Source: Podarcis bocagei (taxonomy: Eukaryota). Taken from it: a stretch of DNA of 64,000 bases. The notes under the pieces are model-generated. The model did not search any database. It was not told the origin of the DNA and was given only the letters and a program-made list of their open reading frames with translations. The translations under genes and the position numbers were made by a program. Below are positions 37,200 to 50,762 of this stretch, piece after piece; the stretch's first letter is position 1; each line of letters begins with the position of its first letter. Location: NCBI GenBank assembly GCA_964188305.1, contig OZ076890.1, one strand, 5' to 3'.

Positions 37200-37478
37200 G
37201 TAAGTACCTTCTTTTGAAGGATGTGTTAAATTATGCTCAGTACATAAATGAAGTCCTGCTTATCCAGTGCAGTTATTACATTGTCTATCAACCTATCTAG
37301 ACCATCTTTAGTCCAAAAATACATTTGTCATTTTTTGCTAAGTAAGTAAGTGTGGCCCAGTAGCAGATTCCAGCTATCCTACTGTACACCAGTACACACA
37401 CATACACCGGGCCATGCACACATTGACCCCCTAGAATCCTCAAACAATTTATAACACCACCACCCCAGAAGAGCATAA

Positions 37479-37480
<2 letters not shown>

Positions 37481-37510
<30 letters not shown>
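37481..37510. repeat. (GT)15 microsatellite
   Basis: Read directly. Confidence 0.9.
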
Positions 37511-37512
<2 letters not shown>

Positions 37513-37689
37513 ATTTTATATGTAACTACAAACAGTCCAAAAGTGGGTGTAGGAAAGCCTGTTGACTTGCCAGCAGCAGGAGACAGAAGGATCTGTTTCT
37601 GCTAGGATCAGGCCTTTAATTAGTCTTGGAAATCTCAGGAAGAAGACATTATGGGTATGTACAGCAGGATCAGGTTCACCTGTGTAGGG

Positions 37690-37822
37690 CAGGCACCCCC
37701 AAACTTGGCCCTCCAGATGTTTTGGGACTACAATTCCCATCACCCCTGACCACGGGTCCTATTAACGATGGATGATGGGAGTTGTCCCAAAACTTCTGGA
37801 GGGCTGAGTTTGGGAATGCCTG
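37690..37822. mobile_element. hAT MITE
   Basis: TIR caggca..cccaaact / agtttggg..tgcctg; TSD gtgtaggg / atgtaggg (7 of 8). Confidence 0.8.
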
Positions 37823-38341
37823 ATGTAGGGTCTTCTTTCCAATGCCTACTGAAGGTCAGATGGTCCCACAAAACATCTAAAGTACAGAGAAGAAACCACT
37901 TCAGAATGAACGCTGCTGATTGCAAAGTTAATTACAGTTGGATCAGCCAGCTTAGAAGCAGTCTGAGATATGTTATGGTAAATTCTAGGAAAGACTTTGT
38001 GCATGCATGACTGAGTGACTGTTTCTGAGCCTCTGAAGGTGAGACATTGTGTATGTGTGAACTACTGTGTGTTTGTGTATGCAAGAGTGAATGATTGTAA
38101 GACTCAATGAGAATCATTGTGAAACTGTGTTAACTTCTGAGTGCCTATGTGTTTGACTGCAAAAGTGTGTATGATGGCATGCAATAATTGGCCTTGATAC
38201 AAACAGTGAAGGTATATGTGGCATCCCAATCATTATCTCGTTTTGATTTTGTTGGCTTAGTTGTTTAAGTTTTTGTTTTGATAATATGGATTGTCAAATG
38301 TATAATTGAGAGTTATCCGGTTTCTTTATCTCCTTATAAAG

Positions 38342-38410
38342 GCGCTCACCATGCAAGATTTACTACAACTGATAAGGATCAATCCAAAGACTGATCTTTA
38401 CAAAGCACTG
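38342..38410 (+). CDS. OFD1: OFD1 exon
   Basis: ALTMQDLLQLIRINPKTDLYKAL. Confidence 0.92.
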
Positions 38411-38579
38411 GTAAAATAATCTTATTTCTTGCAATCTTATTTTTTGTTAAGCATTGGGTAGATAAGAATGCAGTCAAAATCCTCCACCTGTGCTGTGGAA
38501 GAGGGTTAGGATAAGGTGGTAGAGACCCTTTGCTGCACTGCTGTGAAGGTCCTACTGCACTCTGTGGAGTGGGAAACTA

Positions 38580-38895
38580 CAGTGGTGCCTCGCAAGACGA
38601 AAAGAATCTGTTCTGTGATTCTCTTCGTCTAGCGGTTTTTTCGTCTTGTGAAGCAAGCCCAATGACGGATTAGCGCTATTAGCGGCTTATCTGCTGATCG
38701 GATCAGCTGATAAGCGGCTTAGCGGCTTAGAAAAAGGGGGGGAGGGAAAAAACCCAGCAGGAACTCGCAAGACATTGTTGTCTTGCGAAGCAAGCCCATA
38801 GGAAATTCGTTTTGCGAAGCACCTCCAAAATGGAAAACTCTTTCGTCTAGTGAGTTTTCCGTCTTGCAAGGCATTCGTCTTGCGGGGCACCACTG
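38580..38895. mobile_element. Tc1/mariner (Tigger-like) MITE, CpG-rich and probably young
   Basis: TA|cagtggtgcctcgcaagacgaa..ttcgtcttgcggggcaccactg|TA. Confidence 0.9.
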
Positions 38896-39157
38896 TATTA
38901 GTGGTTGTTCTCTTACTGGCAGAAGCTTGCAGAAAAGCCCCAAAGGGAGTATTGTGGGATGCCGCCTGAGCCTCAGACCGCTCTGGTGCACATGCCTGGA
39001 ATTCACACAGCAAAAAAGGGGGGCGGATATGCCCCATAGCTTTTGCCCTGGCCATTGGGAGTGGCAGGGCTTGGGGCGTGGCAGCTACTTTGCAGCTCTT
39101 CAGCTGAAGCTTGGCACCGCAGTATAAATTGACTAAATTATTTTTTTGTTTTTCCAG

Positions 39158-39188
39158 ATTTCAACTTCAGAAAAAGATAATACAAAAG
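39158..39188 (+). CDS. OFD1: OFD1 31-nt exon
   Basis: ttccag|ISTSEKDNTK G|gtacag. Confidence 0.88.
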
Positions 39189-39549
39189 GTACAGCTATAA
39201 TGTACATATATTCTAAATAAGTTCAGATTGTAGGCCACAGTCCAAAGATATTGTGTGTGTTTAAAATTATGCACACGTGTTTAAACAATTTAATTAATTG
39301 TTTAAATAACAGTTAACTCAAAACTGGGTTTCACTCAAAACCTCTGCGGTAGTTTAATTTTTTTTAATGTTAATAATAAAAGTACAGCAGTTAAAAACAG
39401 ATGGAAACATTTGACATTAAAATAAGTGTCCAGTGGTTTCTTTGACATTTTCGCATAAGCAGTTCCTGCTGCTGAAGAGGCAAGCTACTGTTTGGAAGAG
39501 AGGAGTTTGAACAGCAACTTTGGATAGCATACATAAATATTTAGACAGA

Positions 39550-40850
39550 AAAACAAAATAATGCACATTTTGTGGCCACCTGAAGCCTGTGTGCAGCAAT
39601 ATCAAAATATAATACAAATACAAGAAAAAGTAGCATCAGTAGCCTTTAAAAACCTTGCTAAACAAAAAAGTTTTCAGCATGTGCTGGAGTTGCCTCATTG
39701 TTGGCACATGCCTTATTTCTAGGGATGACAATTTGGGAGAGTGGACACATCCAGGGAAGGCCCTCTTCCTGGGTAATCCAAGTGGATGTCTTCTGGCTGT
39801 GGCTTATCCATGAGGGCCTCTGTAGGTGATGTTAGTGAATGAGCAGATTTGCATAGGTAAAGATGTTCACTTTGATAACCTGGTCCCAAATTGTTTAGGG
39901 CCTTATACGTTAATACCCAAAACTTGGTGCAGTAGCAAATTAGTAGCCAGGGCAGTTCCTTTAAAAATGGTGTTAGATGTCTGCACCCACACATACCAAT
40001 TAGTAACCTAACTGCTTCATTGTGCACAGCTTCTAGACCAATATTATGGCAGCCCCAGGTAGAGCACATTGCATTAATAGAATATTGAGGTTGCTGGTGC
40101 CTGGGTCACTGCAGCAAGACTGTCTCTAGGAATGGCTGCAGCTGGCATATCTACTGAAGCTGGTAGAAGACACTCATTTCCCCTGGAGCCACATGAGCCT
40201 CCAGTGTTAATGATGGATTCAGAAGCACCCCATTGTATGAACCAGCTCCTGCAGAGCAAGTGCAGCCTTATCCAGACCAGGCAAATTCCTGGACCTGGGG
40301 ACCACCTACTCACAAAGCCTCCATCTTGCTGGGTTTCTGTTTATTAGCCCTCATCTAGTCCATCACTACTCTCAGTCACTGATTCTGAATCTGCACAGCT
40401 TCTGATTCAGATGTTATAGAGAAATAAGAAGCACTCCCTTAATGACCATTCCCAACAGCTTTATATAGATGTTGAATAGTAGTGTGGACAAGATGGTTCC
40501 TTTCATAACTGCTAACAAACTGTTACCTAATGCTATCTGTGGAACCAGACCCACAAATAGTGGTAACACTGCAGAAGAGTGTCCCCTGCTCCCAGCTTGC
40601 AAGGCTGAACCAGCAGGAAAGCATTGTTGATAGTATCAAAAGCAGCTGAGTGGTAGAGTAAGAGGGTTACACTCCCCTATCTCTCCTGATAAAGAGCATC
40701 CAGGGTGATCAAGACCAATGGAGTCTCATAACCAGGCCTGAACCCAGACTAAAATGGGTCTAGATAATCTGCTTTCTCCGGGAGTACCTGGAACTGGGCA
40801 GCCAGCACACTCTCAAACAACTTCCCCATAATATGGGTGTTGGCAACCAT
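39550..40850 (-). mobile_element. Degenerate L2 LINE (RT domain and 3' end)
   Basis: GTILSTLLFNIY (RT motif) and HLTPFLKELPWL..VLTYKALNNLGPGY. Confidence 0.8.
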
Positions 40851-41130
40851 ATGTACATGTTATATGTTAAAAATGTTTTACCTGTATTGAAATGTTTCAG
40901 AGATTTTTAGTTGTTTTTTTAAAAAAATATATTTTTATGTATTATTTGCTACCATAAGCTCTTTTTGAAGAAATTTTAAAAATAAGAGGGACAGCCTTTT
41001 TTCTTTATAATTGTTCAACTTCCATTCATTGGTACTCTTTTACTGTTGCAAAATAATATTTATTCCTTCTTGAGTTTGAAACTTGTCATTTGTTGGAGAA
41101 GAGATGTGTGATTAATGGTGTATCTCTAAG

Positions 41131-41235
41131 GCTTTCTTGTACAGATATTAACTGAACTGATAGACCATAGCCTGCATAAGCAGATCTGCAACACAGAAAC
41201 TCAGACCAGTCCCACACCTGGTAAAGAATCTCTTG
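41131..41235 (+). CDS. OFD1: OFD1 exon
   Basis: GFLVQILTELIDHSLHKQICNTETQTSPTPGKESL. Confidence 0.92.
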
Positions 41236-42765
41236 GTAAGTGGAGTTACTGCAATTGCTTTATGCTCAGACTTTCTTAGCTATCTATATATTCAGCCTTA
41301 AGAAATAGAATACTGTAGCATCTGTTCTGTAGCCTTGTTTTCATACTGCTTCTGACATAACTCTTTACTAACTGGAGTATATGTGCAACTTTTTACCTTT
41401 AAAAAGCATAGTAATCCTTCAAAAAAGTTGGGAAAGCTTTTAGCTAAGAAGGAGTTGCACATATTTATATGTTGCAGTTTCTAAATGTGGATCAAAACAT
41501 AATCATGGGTTCACATTTCAACACAATATGGTTGTGAGTTTTGTGCTTTGAGAGAAAACAGAAACGTTGAAAATTGTGTCTTCCCTACAGAGAGTTCTCT
41601 GGAAAGATAGGTATGTGATTGCATAGGTATGTACTAGACTGGTCCAATGAATTTGCTACACCTAGCCAACTGCACAAGTGTAGAACAAAAATAGCAGAAT
41701 TATCCCCCCCCCAAAAAAAAACAACAACCTTGCAGGGTTAAAATTATACTAATGTATAGTCACATCATCCTCTTCTACTTCCTGCACCTGCAGCCCAGAC
41801 ATTCTCTCTATGGTTGTGGGAAATAGGTTATTTTCCATTTTAGCCATTGCAGAATATCCTTTATCATCACTGTACTGTATACTCCAACACACTGCACAGG
41901 ACAGAAAACATATTTCAGATGAACAGATCTAACACAAATGCAATACTAGCCCAAGCAATCCATTCATAGAATGAAAGTTAGGAATGGAATACAGATGCAG
42001 TCTGGAGTACAGTGACATCTATTTAAGCTGGAGCATAGTTTCAGGCTGCTAGATACCTGATTTATATCTATATTGTTTTCTCTCTTTGATTTATTCCTTG
42101 GTGCTCTTTTTAGTAGAGGTTAGTCATAGCTTTATGCTTTCAGACCCTTTCCCCCTCAGCAGAGGCAGGGGACCTATTAGGTTGGCCTTCCCTTGGAGGC
42201 TGATGGCTTCCAGGTAGCTCTTGGAGATTTTCCGACTCATATGACTGGTGCTTCTTTGGAGGCCCTGGCTAATTTGTGTAATATGTGAATGGTGCAGGCT
42301 GTTGACACAGTCAATCACCATTGAGTGCCCTCTGCCACTTTTCAGTAGTTACTTCCTGCTTGTGGAATGCTCTCTAAAGGGACTTTTGTCTGGTGCTATA
42401 TTTATCTGTTAGGCACCAGGCAAAGACTTTCTTCTAACCTAAGCTTTAGGTCATTAATTTGAAGATTTTAAATATTTGTGGGCTCTTTGGGGAGGGGGCA
42501 GGATCTGTAAGACATGTCTCTTATTTCTATAGATGTGTGATTTGGGATGGGGAGTTATTGATGGTGTTTATTGTAACTGGTTTTAGTATTTCTTCTTATG
42601 TTTCCATGAGTAAAGCAGCCAATAAATATAAATCATCATTGGCATCATAGCATAATAAAACGAAGTAGGAGAGCTGGTCCCTATAAAAATGTCAACAATG
42701 TAAATTTGTTTTGTTTAGTGTGATCACATATAATGGAACAATGCCTTTTATATATTTTTTCATAG

Positions 42766-42902
42766 CTGAGAAACTTCAACTGATTGATGAACAGTTTGCA
42801 GACATGTATCCTCAGTGCCACAAATCTGAGTCGTTTGAAGTAAAACTTGCTGAATATAGAAAAGAAGTAGAACAGCAGCTTCAAGAGGAAATGTCTCAGA
42901 AG
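42766..42902 (+). CDS. OFD1: OFD1 exon
   Basis: [23 protein letters not shown]. Confidence 0.94.
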
Positions 42903-43487
42903 GTGAAGGGAAATGGGAGGAGAGGCAATGATGTTTTGTCAGTCTTAATGCAAATTTTCATGTGCCTATTTGATGCTTTTGTTAGTACAACAATTTACTT
43001 ATTCTCAGAGTACATAAAATACATGAAAGAAAAGCAGAGGATAAACATTTATTGAGCAAGACATGGCTGTTTACATTATGATTAGTAGGAGTAATCATAG
43101 TAATCATAGGGATTAGTTGCAGGATCAACTAAATGCTCTGTCTCAGTTGCTTGCTCACTTAACGGCCAAACTTACATTAAACAGGAGATCTGTGATTAGA
43201 TCACTTTGTCTTTAAAAACTATAGGAAGCGACTTGGATCAGGACTATAATGTGGCTTAATCCTTGCATGCATCAGTACTTGCTGCAAATGCCTGTTCACC
43301 CAACAGCTGCTTTTAGGAAAAGGAAAATTGGGAGATCTGATTAGTTGTAGAGCAGTGGATTTACCATGGTACTTTATCACATTCTTACATAGGAGGGATT
43401 TGCTAGTCACAAGAATTAGCCATCTACCTGTGATCTAATGTTTTTATGTGACAGTTGACACTTATAATTTTATTTTGAATGTCACAG

Positions 43488-43661
43488 CTGCAACACTTCA
43501 AAGAGGTTGAAATAGCCAAAATTAAGATGGACGAGAGAGCACAATCCCAGAAAGAGATTTCAGAGCTTCGTAAAGAATTTGAAAAAGTTCACAGAGCCAA
43601 GTCAGAGGCTCTAAGCTCTCGAGAAAGAAATGCTATTGAGAGGCTTCAGAAGCAGCAAGAG
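43488..43661 (+). CDS. OFD1: OFD1 exon
   Basis: LQHFKEVEIAKIKM..RLQKQQE. Confidence 0.94.
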
Positions 43662-44207
43662 GTAATGTTTGAAAAAATTGAACTAAATAGAATGGAGGAG
43701 TTGGGAGGTTTTATCCTATATCAAGAGCCATACTGGGAAATATATTGGGAGTGACTATGTATTTTGCTTGTAGGTTACTTCTATGTATCTTCCACTGTGG
43801 TTTGTTCCTAATCTGCAATTTGTGCCGAAAAATGTGACCGCCTGCTATTAAAATGCACTGCATAAGTAATTGTGTGGGATGCTGTATTTGAAAAAGTGGA
43901 AATGCATCTTCCATGTCCTAATATTTGCGTCTTATTCGCTTCGCACTGTTAGCCACTTAAAAATAAATAATCATAGAACTCTTCCCATAACTCATAAGAT
44001 ACCTGTTTTACCTAGTTGTAACTACTGCTAAGCCTTCTAGTAGTAACTAGTTTTATCAGCAAACTGCATAATGAAGTGCAGGCAGTTCCAGCAACCAGTT
44101 AACAATAGAATGCTAGTTGTGAATACAGTCTTACAAATATCATATAGAATATTTAGCTGTTGCTACATTTGGGGCTGCACATAATACAAATATGTTTTTT
44201 CCAATAG

Positions 44208-44314
44208 ATTGATGCAAGGGAAATTTATCTGCAAAGGCAAAGCCTGCTGAAAGATATTGAAACAGTAAGATCCCGAGAGGCAGAACTGAAGCAGAGAATA
44301 GAAGCTTTTGAACT
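44208..44314 (+). CDS. OFD1: OFD1 exon
   Basis: [36 protein letters not shown]. Confidence 0.94.
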
Positions 44315-45994
44315 GTGAGTTGTTAAACATTCATATAACTTTAGTTGGGGGAAAACTGCATATTTTTCTTGGCCTTCTAAATGCTAGTTAGTATGAAGCT
44401 TCATTTACTCTTATTTCATTAAATGTAATGTTACACCTCTAGAAACAGTATTATCCAGCTGCTTTTAGTAGCAGAATTGTTCCCCGTTAACTGAGTTTTA
44501 TGGTGTTTCATTGAAAAGTTGGCATTGCTTTGACAGTTTGTCTTGAAGTCAATACTTTTTTTGTTTTTTAATTAAACCATCTAGATGTTGACAACAGTGC
44601 GTGTTGATGTTTTGCCATTAGTCCTGATGTATATTTAGGAGAATATCGGTTTGTGAACTGCTTAGAGGTTTTCCATCAAATAAGTATGTAGTTAAATACA
44701 TACAATAAATAATATTTAAGCATAGTTGCTCGGGAATCCATAATTAACAGATTAGGCAGTTTAAGTTTGTCGCCTTTTAATTCCCTTTCCCTCCCCTTCA
44801 GTTTAATGATAGATGAAAATCCCTCTGATTACCCAGAAGAGGGAGCTGGTGAACCTTTGAAATAGAGGAATAAGCTTCATCCTCCCTTGTAATTCCTTTA
44901 CTTTCAGCATTTGCAGTCCTAAATAATTAGTTTGTGAGCCAGTGTTGTTCAAGATTTGCTGAAATCAGTAGTATGTGTTCAACAGTAGGGTTGTCAGATT
45001 TAAGGCCTAATCTTTACCACAGCCCACATTTAAATCTGTCAGGGCTTGGTAACTATGCTGTAAACTATCTGACATACCAGTGATTGCTGCAGTATGCTTT
45101 AATACAGGTCTCTGTGCTCATGCTGTGCAGAGTGTGGAACTTGTAATTTGCCAGCATTTGCAGTCAAACCGGAATGGGTAATAGTGACCCTGGATTTATG
45201 GCAGAGTAGTTTAAGCTGCCAGGGTGTTTTTTGTTTTGTTTTGACATAATGAAGAAATTTGGGGTGGGGAACAGTGCCATGTGGGAAGAAGATTAAGGTT
45301 AAGATAAGTTTGGGATTGACTATGGGAAGTAGCATAGGTGCTGTTAAAAGTGGCTTTGCAGTGTGGGTGGAAGAGTTTGGATGGAGAGGGGTATTTGAAG
45401 AAGCTAACACCCAGCTTTACTGCTATTCTTGCTCTAAGCAACTGATTGGAAGGGTAGTTACAGAAGGGAACATTTGAATATGAAACTATTGTCCACATGA
45501 TTAGCCATTGCTTTATAATATAATTATGGGAAATGTGGGGGTCTGAAGACTCATCTGAGTCACTTTAAACCTACCAAGTAAAAACATAATAACAAATCAA
45601 ATAGCAAACTTAGTTCTCCATGTGTGGGTACTTAAGATGGCTGCATCCACATATGAGGGAGATGGTAGGAAGCTTGGTGAAAATTTCAAGGGTTGCAGGA
45701 GTACAAAAAAAGAGAGAACTTTAAAAAAAGAACTCTAATGGGGTGGCAGAATATCCATTTGCTTCTTATCTCAGCACCACCACTCCCCACTCCCCAAGAG
45801 GCCAGAATATTAATCCAATATTATTGTTCTGGCTGGCCCAGGGTCTTGGACAAGAGCACTCCTAGGCACACGTTGAAGCATTTTGTTGTGAGTTCCACTG
45901 TAATAATAAGTTCCCCATCATGTTTCTGATGCTTCTGTCACGTGATTTGTTCTGTTAGGATTGTTTTATTCTGCATTTTCTTTCATTGCTTCAG

Positions 45995-46114
45995 AGCTCA
46001 AAACCTTCAAGAATCAAAAAATAAAACTGTAGAAGATGCACTTCGTCATCGAGAGGTAACTGTGAAGAACATTGAAGAGACTTACGACCAGAAACTAAAG
46101 AATGAACTCCTAAA
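45995..46114 (+). CDS. OFD1: OFD1 exon
   Basis: [39 protein letters not shown]. Confidence 0.94.
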
Positions 46115-46424
46115 GTAATTAATTTACCTGTCTCCTTCAGTGACTGCATATGATGCACATAGAAAAGTAGTCGCATATTAAAGACAGACATAATATACCA
46201 ATAAGTGAAACATTTATTGAGCATTTTTATATACTAGGGATGTTTCTGTCAGTGTGATGGGAAGAGATGGAATTTGGAGCTCTTGCCCTATGGACAAGAG
46301 GAGAGTAATGGAAGCAGCAAGCCTATAGAGGTTTCTTGTTCACCCTCTTGCAATGACCTGAAACTCTACTAGGGCAGGGGTGACTAGCCTACAGGTCGTA
46401 TTTGCTCCCCTATATTTTTTTGTA

Positions 46425-46838
46425 CCGTACTTTTCCGTGTGTAAGATGCCCCCATGTATTAGATGCCCCCTATTTTGGAGGACTCAAATTTAAGAAAATG
46501 GGGGAGATGGCACAAAGTTGTTGAGCTTTTTGTGGGGGGGGGCAGGATTACCCAGGGTTGTTGAGCTTTTTTTTAATGCCAAAAATTGCTCACCCGCACG
46601 TACCTCTCGTCTGTTCCCTCAACAGCAGAAGCTGCCAATCGCCTGCCCAATTGCCGCAGCATTGGCCAGTAAACACCACCCATTGACACAGCAACCAATA
46701 ACACGCACAATAGCCACCTGACAGCCATGGCAGAAACCAGTCGAACGTACACCCTATGCACTCCCCTTGTATAAGATGACCCCCACTTTTTAGCATGATT
46801 TTTAAAGAGAAAAACCTAGTCTACACAGAAAAGTACGG
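46425..46838. mobile_element. Tc1/pogo-type MITE, possibly nested in an older hAT MITE (about 46375-46938)
   Basis: TA|ccgtacttttc..gaaaagtacgg|TA. Confidence 0.85.
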
Positions 46839-47363
46839 TACTTTACACATTGCCCATGCCCACCTCCATACTTCAGTCCCTGGAGTGCTGACCAAAGGGC
46901 AATGTGATCCTCTGCCTTAAAAAGGCTAGCAATTGCTGTTTTAGGGATTTAGATTTTAATTAGGAGATGCTCAAATATTCAATATTTAATCAGAAGATGC
47001 TCAGATGTTTAAACTCAGATTAAATTTTGTAGTGATGTCATGATTGAAGGAAATGCTGCTGGCCGGGGTACACAGATATACTGGCCTCTTTCCTCCTGTG
47101 CCAAATTTGAACAAAAAGAAACCCAAGAGGGCCGTTTTAAGCAAGTTTCAATTGAGTTCATCTGCTTGGATTCAACTAGCTGTCAATTGTGTTTAGGACT
47201 ATAATTTTATATATGGTTTCTACCTCTGATTTGTATCTGAAGATTGAACATGGTTAGTTATCCAGAATAAAGCTACTATGACTTCAGCTATAAAGACACA
47301 TGGAATTGAAGCTGACAGTGCTTCAGTAATTTGGCAACACTTTGCAATGCTTTTTATTCCTAG

Positions 47364-47437
47364 GTATCAGCTTGAACTAAATGAAGAATACATAGCTAGA
47401 ACCAAGAAAATTACTGAAGATGAGAAAAAAATTAAAG
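47364..47437 (+). CDS. OFD1: OFD1 exon
   Basis: YQLELNEEYIARTKKITEDEKKIK. Confidence 0.94.
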
Positions 47438-47549
47438 GTGTTTTTTATATCTATCTCTCTATTTTCAAAAACCCTACCACTCAAAAACAAATGTTTGACT
47501 TTTATTTAATGAAATATGTCTAATATAAAACTTTCCTGTTTTTGACCAG

Positions 47550-47641
47550 ATAAAGCTATGCTTTTGCATGAAGAGACCATTTCCCTTAATTCAAAAAAGC
47601 AAGAATTTGAACATGCTATATCACATTCAAAAGAGCTTGAG
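47550..47641 (+). CDS. OFD1: OFD1 exon
   Basis: DKAMLLHEETISLNSKKQEFEHAISHSKELE. Confidence 0.92.
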
Positions 47642-47770
47642 GTAGCTAAGTTAAAATGTCTGTTTTAGCAATATATTTTTACCACCTTTATAATTCAGAT
47701 AAATAAATTATCTAGTTAAATCCTGTAAGAGGTCTACTAACTCTCCCCCCCATATGGTATTTATTTCCAG

Positions 47771-47960
47771 CTGGAAATAGATTCAGTCAAGGCTCAAGTT
47801 TTATTATTAAACAAGCAAAATCAGTTGATGACAAAAAAACTGGAAGAAGTCTCAGATTATCCAACACTAAAAGAAGAGAAAATGGAACTTCAGGTGCAGA
47901 ATAAGCTACTCAAACAACAGTTGGAAGAGGCGCGCAATGAAAACTTGGAACTCCGAGACA
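47771..47960 (+). CDS. OFD1: OFD1 exon
   Basis: [46 protein letters not shown]. Confidence 0.94.
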
Positions 47961-48762
47961 GTTAGTGTGAATCTAATATTCTTTGAAAAATTTTATTAGC
48001 AAGATTTGCAAAGAAAATACATTTTAGAAATGTAATAGCATGTCTGCTCTTTTCATTGTTTCTCTGTGTTAAATGTCTATTTGTTTTTCTTTTGTGTTTC
48101 TGTCATAACTAAATGGGTTTTTCAGGGTTTTCATAGTGCTTCAGGAAGTAACTCCTAAAGTCCAAAACTTCACCTATCTCTTTGCAAGACTGTCACTGGC
48201 ACCTATTGAATAATGGCAATGACATCAATGGGCTTTCATTAAAATTGTGTTGCACAAGATATAAAATCTGTAGTAGCTAGCCAAAGGCTAAAGCATATGT
48301 GCTTTGCTGATTATATACAAATGACTGTGATTCAAGCAAGGAGCTAAAAAGATGACTTCAGATATAGAGGGACCTCAATTGGCTTGGTTATATGCCCTTA
48401 TTATAAGTGGTGTATGTCAATGTGTATATTATGTACTTGAGTGTTTTGATGCCCCAGAGGCTAAGATAGCCAAAAACACAGAACAATGACTCAAGTTTTT
48501 GAACAAGATTCACCAATAGGACTTCATAAGGCCAAGTACACTGTTTGCTCCTTCCCTTGGTTTGTTGTACTGTGCTGTCCTCAGTATCCATTTTGATTTG
48601 TGCAAAACCCACATCATTGTTTTTATTATTATTGGATGGAACCTTATTAATCTTTTGTTAAGTCCTGATTAATGCTAAGAAGGATGTTCAGTGACTGCCT
48701 GCATCCAGGGCTTTCCAGGAGTTAAACCATTTGAATCATAGTATGGAACGCTAAAGAGTGTA

Positions 48763-48988
48763 CAGTGGTACCTCTGGTTACGTACTTAATTCGTTCCAGA
48801 GGTCCATTCTTAACCTGAAACTGTTCTTAACCTGAAGCACCACTTTAGCTAATGGGGCCCCCTGCTGCTGCCGCGCTGCCAGAGCACAATTTCTGTTCTC
48901 ATCCTGAAGCAAAGTTCTTAACCCGAGGTACTATTTCTGGGTTAGCGGAGTCTGTAACCTGAAGCGTATGTAACCCGAGGTACCACTG
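48763..48988. mobile_element. Tc1/mariner (Tigger-like) MITE
   Basis: TA|cagtggtacctc.ggtta..taacccgaggtaccactg|TA. Confidence 0.9.
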
Positions 48989-49088
48989 TAGTTGGATGGT
49001 CTACTACAGAGTATCTGTTTATCAGATGCAGTGTTTCCTGGCAAGATTAGATTTTAACTTATTCCTCCCCCCCCCCTCCTATTTATAG

Positions 49089-49219
49089 AGCTGAGTCGGC
49101 CATCAGCTGAATATTTGGTCCTTGAGGCAGAGCTGAAAAGAGCAAAACATGCTAGGAAGCTTGAAGGTGAAGAATCTGACACTCATAAGCAGCTCTTGGA
49201 AAAACAGTTACAAAATGAG
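49089..49219 (+). CDS. OFD1: OFD1 exon
   Basis: LSRPSAEYLVLEAELK..LEKQLQNE. Confidence 0.93.
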
Positions 49220-49723
49220 GTAAACTACCTTTTTGTTGTTGTTTACGCTAGTTCTTCTAAAAAACACTTTTTTAAACACAATATAATCAGCATAAATTCA
49301 TCAGCCACATTTTCCTCACTCCAAATTATTAAAGTCTAAAACCAATGTTAAAAAATACAGTCTGATCCTGCAAAAGTAGTGCACACCCTCTACACTTGTA
49401 TTTGCTGCTGAATTGAGAACTCTTTGCATGACACTAAGTAAATTGTTAGTGTTGTAAATGCTTATTGCGCTAATAATAGACAACTAAATTCTCCCAAATA
49501 AAGGCCAAGTGTAGACTCTGCATTCATAGTCTTCATTTATCTAGATGAGGAACTGGTGCGCTCAAAATCAAAATATCTGTTTCTCTCTGTCTCCCTTCCA
49601 CCAGTTCATTCATTTGAGACCTGGGGGGCTGATTGTTCATTTGTAACTATATGGGTTAGTTGCTTCAGTGTGTTAAGAATGCTCTTGAATTAGTAAGGCA
49701 TTTTGTCTCTGAAATCTTTTTAG

Positions 49724-49835
49724 ATTGAACATTGTGTACAGCTGAAGACTCAGTTGTCGGAATGTGAAAATACTATCAGGAAGTTAAGTGCCCAAATGGA
49801 AGACCTTAAGCTACAACTGAAACAGACACAGACAG
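49724..49835 (+). CDS. OFD1: OFD1 exon
   Basis: IEHCVQLKTQLSECENTIRKLSAQMEDLKLQLKQTQT. Confidence 0.94.
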
Positions 49836-50081
49836 GTTTGAAAAATCCTCTCCACTTTTGGGCTAACTCAATAAGATCAGGCTTTATTTAGAGCAATTTT
49901 ATTTAAGCATTGGAGCAGATTGAAATAAAACACATGAAAAATGGCATGTATTGGGGTTTTTTTTTTGTAAAAGTCTGGTATTTGATATTGTGATTTTTTA
50001 AATTTATAACATTTTTTATTATGGAGAAAGATCTTGACCCTATGTAGACAATATCTGACAGTTCAGAAACAGAATCAGCAA

Positions 50082-50160
50082 AGATTCTTGTGGCATCTTA
50101 AAGAATAACAGTTTATTATGGGTACAATTTCATGGACTAAAGGCTCCTTAATCAGAGCCA
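50082..50160 (-). mobile_element. Penelope-like element terminus with decayed hammerhead
   Basis: Reverse complement tCTGATtAa..agtccat-GAAA..ataataaac..tctttaagatgccacaaga; same family as 17522-17601. Confidence 0.6.
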
Positions 50161-50762
50161 AGAAACGAAAAGAGTCCATGCAATTTTTAGCCAGAGACCT
50201 TCCATAACTATATTTTATTGCTCCCAACTCAGATTTTCTTATTTGCCCCCCTTCATTCCTTTCTGTTACACCATTCTTTGTTTGAAATCACAATTTCTGA
50301 AATCGAGTTAAGTCCAATTTAAATGTGGCTTTCTGTGTATTTGGTTGCACCCCCCCCCTGCTGTAGCTTTAAGAGACCTCATACTCCTCCTCAAATCTTG
50401 AAATGACTAGGCAAATACTTTCATTATACTTCTATATTTGGTTTTAAACATTTTATTCTTGTGTGTGTAACTGCCTTCTGCTGGTATAGGCAGCTCTTTG
50501 GATCTAACTCTCTTCTTTTGTGGCTCTGACACTTTCAGCTTAATTTGAATATTTTCTGTGCATTTCATTTGATCATACTAACTTTAAAAACCTGAAATAA
50601 ACTTGAGGTTTTTTGCTATATTAAATCATGTTGGATTTGTGTGTAGAATAACTAAAATGTAAGGTAAGTTCAGTTTTCATTTTTGCATGCTAATTATACA
50701 ATGACCAAATCAAAATTTGTCTTAAATTGTTTTCTTTATCTCTATTAAATTCTTGCCTGTAG

